A stretch of 63,546 bases of DNA from a virus (lineage: Duplodnaviria; Caudoviricetes), in the IMG/VR virus record IMGVR_UViG_3300020122_000568, positions 1-63,546 of that record. One strand, written 5' to 3'. Of this stretch, positions 47,812 through 56,325 are shown one piece after another. Both the position numbers and the translations under genes were made by a program. Every line of letters begins with the position of its first letter. The stretch's first letter is position 1. The notes beneath the pieces were generated by a model. That model ran no database searches. It saw only the letters and a list, made by a program, of their open reading frames with translations, and was not told the origin of the DNA.

Positions 47812-48486
47812 TCAGCGGCCCACGCGCGCCAGCAGCTTTCGCACCGTCGTCGCCTGCCACGCGCCGCCGCGCTTGGTGCGCAGCCCTTCCGCCGTGAGCG
47901 TGCGGCCGATGGCGCTCAGGTTCACGCCCGCCGCCGCGAGTTCCCGCGCGCGCGCCAGCACGCGCTGTTCGGCCTCATCCTCGACGAACACGTCGCCCTG
48001 CCGACGCCATCCGAGCGGCACCGCGCCGAGCCGCGCGCCGCGCGCGCGCTTGTGCCGCAGCGCCTCGCGCGTGCGCTCGCCGATGGCCTCGCGCTCCCAC
48101 TGCGCCAGCACGCCGAGCATGTTCAGCACCATGCGCCCGGCGGCGGTCGCCGTGTCGATGGCCTCACCGACCGACAGCAGCGCGCCGCGGCCCTCGGTGA
48201 AGTAGCGCTCGACGAGCTGCGCGAGGTCTCCTACGCTGCGCGTCAGCCGGTCAAGCTTGGCGACCAGCACGCCGTCGGCGCCGCCGGCGCGCAGCGCCTT
48301 CAACGCGCGCCGCAGCCCCGGGCGCCGCAGCGACTTGGCGCTGATGCCCGCATCTTCCTCGACCGCGACGAGCTCGTGGCCGTACAACTTGGCGTAGGCC
48401 TCGCCGCGGGCGCGCTGCGCCGCGAGCGAGACGCCTTCGGTTGCCTGTTCCTCAGTGCTGACGCGGCAATAAAGCACCAACCGCAT
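47812..48486 (-). CDS. Serine recombinase (resolvase/invertase type)
   Basis: YCRVSTEEQ, DAGISA..RPGL, KLDRLTRS, ERE.IGERT. Confidence 0.92.
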   Translation of the reverse strand: MRLVLYCRVSTEEQATEGVSLAAQRARGEAYAKLYGHELVAVEEDAGISAKSLRRPGLRRALKALRAGGADGVLVAKLDRLTRSVGDLAQLVERYFTEGRGALLSVGEAIDTATAAGRMVLNMLGVLAQWEREAIGERTREALRHKRARGARLGAVPLGWRRQGDVFVEDEAEQRVLARARELAAAGVNLSAIGRTLTAEGLRTKRGGAWQATTVRKLLARVGR

Positions 48487-48890
48487 GCCGCGCACCCCGG
48501 GTTGTACTTGACGGGCGTCTACTTCAAGCCCTCTTGAACTTGGTCCGCGCGGGCATGCTCACCGACGACAGAACGGCAGGTCCAACTGCTCGCGCGGCGC
48601 ACCGATCACAGCGGCCACGCGCCCATCGCGCCGGCGCACGAGCCGCACCGCGCGCACCGGCACCCGGTGCTCGGCGGCGACCACCTCGCGGATGAGCGCC
48701 CGCTTGCGCGCGCCCGAGCGCTGCCACGCCGCCGCAAGCTCGTAATCGAGCAGGTCGACCATGGTGCGCCTCTTCTTGGGTCGTAAGCGCCGGCGGCGGC
48801 GAATACACGCCTGGCACAGTCGAAAGTGCCCGATCCATTACCGCGAACCTAGGAGAGAAAGGTTCTGATGATGGCGGAAGATGCAGAAGG

Positions 48891-49166
48891 TTACCTTGGT
48901 GCAATAGGCCGTTTCCGAGGGATGCGATCGCCTGTTTCCTGTCGACGAGGACGACGACGACGCCCGCGACGAGTCACCCAATCGCGAATGTCATCTTCGT
49001 ACGACCACGCGAACCCGCCTGGGTAATAATGAATCGGGAGAGGATCAGGCTTCGCTGGATCCGATGCCCGACTGGCGGTACTACGAGCGTACGGTCTGCC
49101 GAGGAGTTGACCTATGTACCATGCGATCTCCTTGAGGCCCTCAAGGCGTCGGCGAGGCTGCTGCAT
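48891..49166 (-). CDS. Small HTH DNA-binding protein
   Basis: LEGLKEIAWYIG..RSTASR..P...W. Confidence 0.6.
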   Translation of the reverse strand: MQQPRRRLEGLKEIAWYIGQLLGRPYARSTASRASDPAKPDPLPIHYYPGGFAWSYEDDIRDWVTRRGRRRRPRRQETGDRIPRKRPIAPR

Positions 49167-49196
49167 TCGTCACCGCCTTGGTGACGATTATGCATT

Positions 49197-49237
49197 AGGT
49201 TGTATATGTTCGCGAGGTTACTAAGGTTCAAAAGGTT
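49197..49237. promoter_or_regulatory. Five A(G/T)GTT direct repeats with exact 9-bp period in a divergent promoter region
   Basis: Starts at 49197, 49206, 49215, 49224, 49233. Confidence 0.6.
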
Positions 49238-49261
49238 ACAGTCGCGCCGAAGGAGGAAACT

Positions 49262-49795
49262 ATGTCGCTTCGAAGCTCGACCGGGACTCAACTCGCGCGC
49301 GCCGAACTCTACGCATTCGACGACAAGGGCAACCGCATCGCCACCGCTGGCCGCGGCGCGAACGTCATGCCGGTCAAGGAGACGCGCACGTACGTCGAGC
49401 CGGCGACCGTCAGCGAGAGCCAAGACGAACGCCGCGCGCGCGAGGGCCGTCAGGCACGTATCCTCGCCTCGCTCACCGATGACGAGGCGACGGTGCTCCA
49501 CTATCAGGGCAAGCTCGTGTGCCGGATCCAGAAGCCTCGCGAGGTGGCCGGCGGCGACGTCGCGGAATATTTGAACGCGGGCTACGTGCTCAAGCCGGGG
49601 TCGGTGCGATTGCTCGAGCGCGATGGGTTGCCGCCGGTCGAAGTGGCGACCGTGATCGGCTTCGAAGAGGTGCAGGTCGAGCGGCTGAGCTACGACGAGA
49701 TCGCCGAGCACTTGGGCGTGAGCATCCACATGGTCAACAAGCTTGTGGTGTCGGCGAATAAGAAGTTGCGCGCGCTGCGATCGGTCATTTTTTGA
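49262..49795 (+). CDS. Protein with C-terminal sigma-70 region 4-like HTH
   Basis: RBS AGGAGG; LSYDEIAEHLGVSIHMVNKL..ANKKLR. Confidence 0.75.
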   Translation: MSLRSSTGTQLARAELYAFDDKGNRIATAGRGANVMPVKETRTYVEPATVSESQDERRAREGRQARILASLTDDEATVLHYQGKLVCRIQKPREVAGGDVAEYLNAGYVLKPGSVRLLERDGLPPVEVATVIGFEEVQVERLSYDEIAEHLGVSIHMVNKLVVSANKKLRALRSVIF

Positions 49796-50252
49796 TCGAG
49801 CCCAACTGCGGACGCGGCTGCGGAGACGGCACCCCCACTATCGACTTTCGTTCGCTGCGGAACTCTTCATAGGAGCGCAGTCGTCCTTCCAGAAATCGCT
49901 GGTCGTAGTCGGCTGCGGCGCGCTCGCGATCGCTGCCAAGACTGGCTCTGTCGACATGCTTGTTCGCGTGGTAGGCCCGCGCCTCCTGACGATGACCGCG
50001 TAACATGTGGTCATCTTCGATTTCGCGTTGCTCAACATCGGTCAGCAGGTGGATCACATTCAATCGACGTTTCGTGTGGATTCCTCTCCTGTAGAGATAT
50101 CGGCGCAAGCGAGGCTCGATCCTCTTCTTGTCGATCCCGGATGTCTCCACCAGCCATTCGTCACTGACGTCATCACCACGCTTCAATCGATCGACGTGCG
50201 GCTTCAGTCTCACCCATGCCGCTTCAATTTCGTATTTCGATAGAATCGCCAT
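49785..50252 (-). CDS. Hypothetical protein downstream of GGY-NN array B
   Basis: RBS GGAG; co-oriented with RAMP-like gene. Confidence 0.7.
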   Translation of the reverse strand: MAILSKYEIEAAWVRLKPHVDRLKRGDDVSDEWLVETSGIDKKRIEPRLRRYLYRRGIHTKRRLNVIHLLTDVEQREIEDDHMLRGHRQEARAYHANKHVDRASLGSDRERAAADYDQRFLEGRLRSYEEFRSERKSIVGVPSPQPRPQLGSIKK

Positions 50253-50280
50253 TGATTATCTCCATGTTTTTTTCCATCTC

Positions 50281-50395
50281 CCCCCATTGGGGGCCATGCC
50301 TTGCCATGCCACGCCTAGCCCCGCCTCGCCCGACCAGGCCTTGCCTGACCACGCCAAGCCGAGCCTTGCCCTGCCGAGCCCATCCAGACCTTGCC
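50281..50395 (-). ncRNA. GGY-NN pentamer array B (20 units) + terminal hairpin; putative guide RNA
   Basis: GGCAA GGTCT GGATG GGCTC ... GGCAT then GG CCCCC-AAT-GGGGG. Confidence 0.85.
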
Positions 50396-50399
50396 CGGA

Positions 50400-51038
50400 C
50401 TATTTCGTCCTCTTCACAGTCGCCGTAAACATTCCGTACATTCCCGGCTTCTTCGGCGACGATGGGCGCCAATCGCCGACGCCGGCCTTTCCCGCCCCGT
50501 ACCACAGCGTCTCAATGCGATCCTCTCCACTGAGCAGATCCTCATTGTCGGTCTCGAACATGGTCGTCGCCGACCAGTGATCAAACCGCGGACGTACGCG
50601 CGTATGAGACTTCCCATTGATGTTGCACGGCTTGACGAACAATGCGAATCCCAGCGCGCGCACTGCTTGGCAATGCTCCGCGAAGCCGCCGTCGATACGC
50701 TCGACGTCGGCGCGCGGAATGGTCTTGCCGTTCACGAACAGAGGTACGTAGAAGTCACTGAAGAACATCGACTGCGAAGCGGACTTCAATGTCTTCTTGT
50801 TTCCGATGCTCACGCCGCTGCCCGCCTTCAGCAGAGCAGCCAGAAAATTTTCTGCTGGGATGCAGACACACTCGTCGTTGACGTAGAGATACGACTTCCA
50901 CGTGTCAGCCGGGTGCCGGTCATCGCCGGCCTTTCCTCCCTTGCGTCCACGAGCTGCTATTGCGTCGCGCGCCTCGAGATTGTTGTGGTGCATGAGCAAT
51001 GGCGTCGTGCCTTCGATCGTGACTTCGAATCGCTCCAT
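50400..51038 (-). CDS. Solo RAMP/Cas7-like RNA-binding protein (Vipr-like)
   Basis: FEVTIEGTTPLLMH, IPAENFLAALLKAG, RVRPRF..W, Gly-rich loop GAGKAGVGDWRP..GMYGMF. Confidence 0.8.
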   Translation of the reverse strand: MERFEVTIEGTTPLLMHHNNLEARDAIAARGRKGGKAGDDRHPADTWKSYLYVNDECVCIPAENFLAALLKAGSGVSIGNKKTLKSASQSMFFSDFYVPLFVNGKTIPRADVERIDGGFAEHCQAVRALGFALFVKPCNINGKSHTRVRPRFDHWSATTMFETDNEDLLSGEDRIETLWYGAGKAGVGDWRPSSPKKPGMYGMFTATVKRTK

Positions 51039-51150
51039 CGTTTGCTTACCTCTCGCGATGTGCCTCTCTCGGCTCTCTCGGAGTATTCCGAACTGGCCGA
51101 ACTGAACACCATCGCGCGTCGGAATGGGTTCCGGCGCGCTGTGCTGTCAT

Positions 51151-51230
51151 GCTCCATTGGAGCCCTCGCCATGCCGCACCCCGCCCGGCCTTACCGCACC
51201 TCGCCTGGCCGCGCCCAGCCGAGCCCAGCC
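51151..51230 (-). ncRNA. GGY-NN pentamer array A (13 units) + terminal hairpin; putative guide RNA
   Basis: GGCTG GGCTC GGCTG GGCGC ... GGCGA then GG GCTCC-AAT-GGAGC. Confidence 0.85.
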
Positions 51231-51234
51231 GCAT

Positions 51235-51489
51235 TCACCTACAAATCGACGCCCCCGCACAAGTCCACTCGTCGCCGCCATCGCTGCGCACGCACCCGAG
51301 CGACGTCAACTTGTCGTCAACCGCTTGGTCGATCGCAGCCTGCACCGCCGCCGACTGAAGCTTGCACTTGTCGACGAGATCCTGCTCCAGCGTCGCGAGC
51401 TTCGCGTCCACGATTCGCTCGCACTGCTGCTGCAGATCGGGCGGCACGCACCCGCACGCCAGCACCGCGCACAAGGTCAGCACGCGCAT
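51235..51489 (-). CDS. Small lipoprotein
   Basis: MRVLTLCAVLACGC lipobox. Confidence 0.55.
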   Translation of the reverse strand: MRVLTLCAVLACGCVPPDLQQQCERIVDAKLATLEQDLVDKCKLQSAAVQAAIDQAVDDKLTSLGCVRSDGGDEWTCAGASICR

Positions 51490-51855
51490 CGGCGATACCC
51501 CGCGACCTGCACGAGCGGTATCGTCGCCTCGCACGGGTCAGCCTCCACGCCGCGCGCATCCAGTCGTTCGGCCCAGCGGTGAGCCTGCGATCGCGACATC
51601 AGCTTCGACCGCGCGACGGTGCCGTCGGGAAAGCGCACGAGGATGTACCAGCGGTCGTCGGCGCTCACGTTGCGCCGCCGTCCTTGGTGGTGTTGCAGAT
51701 GATCTCGACGATGATCGCGGCATCGGCGAGTGCATGAACAATTGCCGCTCGGCGCGTATCACAGGTCGCGGTGGCCTTGCTGTCGCCGCATCTCGCGACG
51801 GCGCGCCAGCGGTCACCCTGTGGCTCGACAGCGAGTGTGATAGCGAATTCGTGTC

Positions 51856-52323
51856 TCACGTGCCGTCCTTCGCTTCGAGCGCGGCGAGTGCGCGACCAAG
51901 TGGGCACGATTCGATGTGCTCTCCTTCGGGACGGCATCGCTCGCAGTCCGACGAGCAGACGATCGCGAACTCGTCGATGAATTGTCGCATCACCTCGCGA
52001 AGTGCCACTGCTTCGGCATGAGCCTCTTGCATCCGGTGCAACTCCGTTTGTAGTTCCGCCGCCTCGGCCTGGGCCGCGTCAAGATGCTCGCGCGTTTTCA
52101 AATAACGCTGTAGGTGACTATCTCGCTCGGCCCGGGCCGCGTCACGCTCGGCAATCACTTCAGCTTGGGCTTTCTTATCCTCATGCTTCCATGCTTCGTG
52201 TTGCTTACGCATTTCCATCAGCTCGGTCTTCGTGCGCTCGTGGTCGCCGCGCTCGGCACTGATAAGCGCGTTGAGGCAGAAGGTACACATGCCACAGCCG
52301 GGCTCAGTCGTCTCCACGCACAC
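51856..52323 (-). CDS. Coiled-coil hypothetical protein (start may be further upstream)
   Basis: Operon ORF. Confidence 0.5.
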   Translation of the reverse strand: MCVETTEPGCGMCTFCLNALISAERGDHERTKTELMEMRKQHEAWKHEDKKAQAEVIAERDAARAERDSHLQRYLKTREHLDAAQAEAAELQTELHRMQEAHAEAVALREVMRQFIDEFAIVCSSDCERCRPEGEHIESCPLGRALAALEAKDGT

Positions 52324-52724
52324 GATGGCGCCGACCTTTGAGCAAGGCTTCGTCGCGTTCGGCGGTCAGTTGCGCGATGCGCGCGACATAATCAGCGAGC
52401 AGTGCAGATTCGTCGGTCATGCGTCGGTCCCCCGGTCCGTCAGGATCGTTGTGTTCCGGGTCGATGGTTCCGCAGTAGGCGCACCAGACGCGCGAGCATT
52501 CGTGACCGGGGCAGCGCTCGATCACGGCCAGCCAGCCGACGGCTTCCATGTCGGTAATGGCTCCGGTGGAGCGAAGGGCCTCGATCGCGCCCTTCATTCG
52601 CTCCATGGCCAAATCGCTGGCGTCGTCGCGAAGAGCCATGCGCTGGGCCTTCAAATAGTCGGCGGCCGAAATCCTCTTGCGGTCGTCGTCGGTCATTATC
52701 GGCTCCACGTGGGAATGGTAGTTC

Positions 52725-53237
52725 TCACGTTTTCAGATTGAGTAGACGCTTGACGGTCTCCGCCGTCGCCTCGGTCACCTTGCCGTTGATCTGCGCCCTG
52801 ACCTCTCTCGCGGCCTTGTCTACCGCCGATCGGATTTCCTTGGCGGCGACGTCCTCGACGGCGCGCGAGATCGCCCATTCGGCGCGCGTCCGACGATCAT
52901 TGTCGTAGTAGTCGGGCGCCTTCACGCGCCCCTCGCGGTCGACCTTTTCGTCGAGCCACGCCTGCACCTGCCTGGCGATGCGCGCGCGGAACGTGATGGG
53001 CTCGCCGACTGGTTCGCCAACTTCGTTCGTCGGCTGGATCGGCTTCGCCAGGTGGTCGTCGACGATGCGCTCGACCTCGGCGTCGATCTTCTCCGCGACC
53101 TTCTCTGCGGCGAGATCCCCGATGTGCGAGCGCATGCCGATCTCGTGATCCCCGCCGTGCAGGATGTTGTTGGAGATGTCCTCGACGACCTTGTTGGTCA
53201 ACTCCTCGATGCCGGGCAATTCGATCTCGTATTTCAT
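52725..53237 (-). CDS. Conserved hypothetical phage protein
   Basis: RBS AAGGAG; TNEVGEPVGEPITFR motif. Confidence 0.7.
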   Translation of the reverse strand: MKYEIELPGIEELTNKVVEDISNNILHGGDHEIGMRSHIGDLAAEKVAEKIDAEVERIVDDHLAKPIQPTNEVGEPVGEPITFRARIARQVQAWLDEKVDREGRVKAPDYYDNDRRTRAEWAISRAVEDVAAKEIRSAVDKAAREVRAQINGKVTEATAETVKRLLNLKT

Positions 53238-53965
53238 TGGTCGCTCCTTCGAATGTGAATCGTCATTCCCGCGACCGCCGCGCGTCGACTCGCACGACAT
53301 ATACGTCGGCCCGTCTCGCCACACGCGCCCATCGATCGTCTCTACTGTCCAGAGTGCGCGACGACCATGTCGTTGGCGCTGATGCAAGCGGCGCCGGCTC
53401 ATTTCGCGCCCCGCCGCGCGTCGACAAAGCCAGCACAGTGCCCGATGCTTTGGTGGCATCGACTCGAGATCATGCGCGTCGTACGGCATGCCGCAGCGTC
53501 CGCATAGCGCATTCGCTACGGGCTGCGCATGATCTCGCCGCTCGTCGAGCGCGGCCTTGCCGTCGGCGTCGGTGAGGATGGCGTCGATCTCGTTCTGCTC
53601 TTGCAGAGTCGAACCCCGAGGCATGCCATGCCCCCGCACCATGCGAAGCGCCGCGAGTGCGCGACCGAGCAGGGCCCGCAGGTTGTTGCGCGCGGCGATG
53701 CCCATCTCGTCGACGCGTTTGAGAGCAGCGATCTCCTCGTCGCGCTGGCGCAACTCGGCGCGCACATGATCGACTTCGCCGAGTAGCCAATCGATGTCTT
53801 GCTCGGCCGTTGTCGAGATGACATCGCCGGTAATGACGCCACCGACCGTCACGACCTCTCCAGCCCTCAATCGGCGGTTCAACTCGGCCGTCTTCTCCGC
53901 TTGCCGCTTGCGATCGACTTGCCGTTGACGAATATCAGCGACGGGATCGCAGACCTTGGGACCGC

Positions 53966-54826
<861 letters not shown>

Positions 54827-55473
54827 CGCATCACCGGCGCCTTTCGCACCGCCATCACGAACGGGCAGCGGCCGCAGTAGAAGTGCAGCGAGTACAGCGC
54901 CTCGACGACGTCACACCAGTCGTGGCCGAGGAGCATGCAGAGGAGTTTCACCGCAGCCCTCCCGTCGCCTCGTACGGCTTCTTCACGACGCCATGCCCGA
55001 GGCAACACTCGCAGCGCACGACGTGATACGACGGCACGCGGTCGCGCACGCGCAACTCCTCGTGCGACCCGCGCCCAACGCAGCGGCCGCAGACTTCGGT
55101 GTCGCCGCGCTTCAACTGGTCGTCGACGCGTCCCCAATGGCGCGAGATGGCGATGACGGTGACGACGCCAGCAACGAGTACGATGCTGAGGTACACGGTC
55201 AACATGAACTCGACGAGTGACATCACTGCACCGTCCCGCGCTCGACGACGACGAACTTGACCATGTCCAGCGCGCGATTGACGTCAGCGATCGTGGCCTC
55301 CGACGGGTCCGGCAACTGACTCCAGAACGTCACGATGCCGAGCAGACGGAATAGATTCTCTCCGATGCCGTCGGACAACGAGGAATCGCCGGACTTCGAC
55401 AGCGCGTTGAGCGCAAGCAGAAGCTCGTCGCGCTTCCGGTCGAGACGCGCACGCAGGCGCATCGCCGCGGCGC

Positions 55474-55803
55474 TCATGGCTGCGCCTCGACGGCTCGCGC
55501 CGTGATCCAACTCTGACCCCTCCAGCGGGCGGTGCCGACGATTCCGAGCTTGCGCAGCTTGCCCAGCGCCCGCGTTACGTGCTCGCGACTGCAGCAGCAG
55601 AGTGCGGCGAGCTCGACGTGCGTCGCCTGGAACTTGGTTGCGCCGCGGTCGTGCAAGAGAATGCGCACCGCCACCTTCAAGCGCGCCTCAGCGGTGTAGC
55701 AGCTCAAGATCTGGATCCACTGCATCAGCGTCACGTGGAACTTCTCGACGATGACGGCCATCTCCCCGGGCGTGATCGGCACGGTCCGGTCGGCGCGAGT
55801 CAC
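55474..55803 (-). CDS. Crp/Fnr-type HTH-only protein
   Basis: ATHVELAALCCCSREHVTRALGKLRKLGIV. Confidence 0.75.
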   Translation of the reverse strand: MTRADRTVPITPGEMAVIVEKFHVTLMQWIQILSCYTAEARLKVAVRILLHDRGATKFQATHVELAALCCCSREHVTRALGKLRKLGIVGTARWRGQSWITARAVEAQP

Positions 55804-56129
55804 GGCTGCTCCTTGGTCTCGGCGATGTCGAGCAGGTCGGTGTCACGCGTCGAGACCGGAGCGACGACGATGCGCTTGCGGGCGATCTCGTCGGCGACGA
55901 TCTCGATTGCCGTCTGCCTTGGCTCTCCGCATCCGCCGGCGTGAACTGGGCGCTCGTCGGGATGGCGCACAACACCGCCCTGCACTGCGATCGTGCGCGG
56001 ACGATCGGGATTCATCGACGGATGCTCCGCGATCAACTGCATGAATCGCTCATGCAATCGCTTCTTCGGGGTCTTGTTCCGCTTCAGGTCCTCGGCCCAA
56101 TGAGATAGCGTCATCCGGTTCAACATCAA
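55800..56129 (-). CDS. Hypothetical protein
   Basis: Coupled ORF with RBS. Confidence 0.55.
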   Translation of the reverse strand: MMLNRMTLSHWAEDLKRNKTPKKRLHERFMQLIAEHPSMNPDRPRTIAVQGGVVRHPDERPVHAGGCGEPRQTAIEIVADEIARKRIVVAPVSTRDTDLLDIAETKEQP

Positions 56130-56325
56130 CGCACCTCCCCTGCGGCGCTCTCACGCCGCTGCAACTCCCGTATCCAGGTCATCACCTTCGCGAATGCGAT
56201 CGCATGGCCTTCAGCCACCGACGTGCTCGCTCGGGCTGCCTCGGTAGCGGCCTGCAAACAGCGTCCGTGCAACTCCTCGAGCAGCCCGCGCTCGTAGTCG
56301 ACGCGTTCATCGCCCTTGCGCTTGA

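Noticed and set aside
47812-48486. IS607-family element
   Set aside because: No N-terminal MerR-like HTH and no adjacent tnpB
50341-50395. Concatenated array B dinucleotides contain ATCTTGTC, as in the operator region 61082-61089
   Set aside because: Only 8 nt and does not extend; consistent with chance
50281-51230. Canonical CRISPR array, or short ORFs (50224-50505, 51046-51234) explaining the repeats
   Set aside because: No 25-40-nt repeat/spacer units; a 5-nt period is incompatible with codon structure and gives low-complexity G/R/A translations
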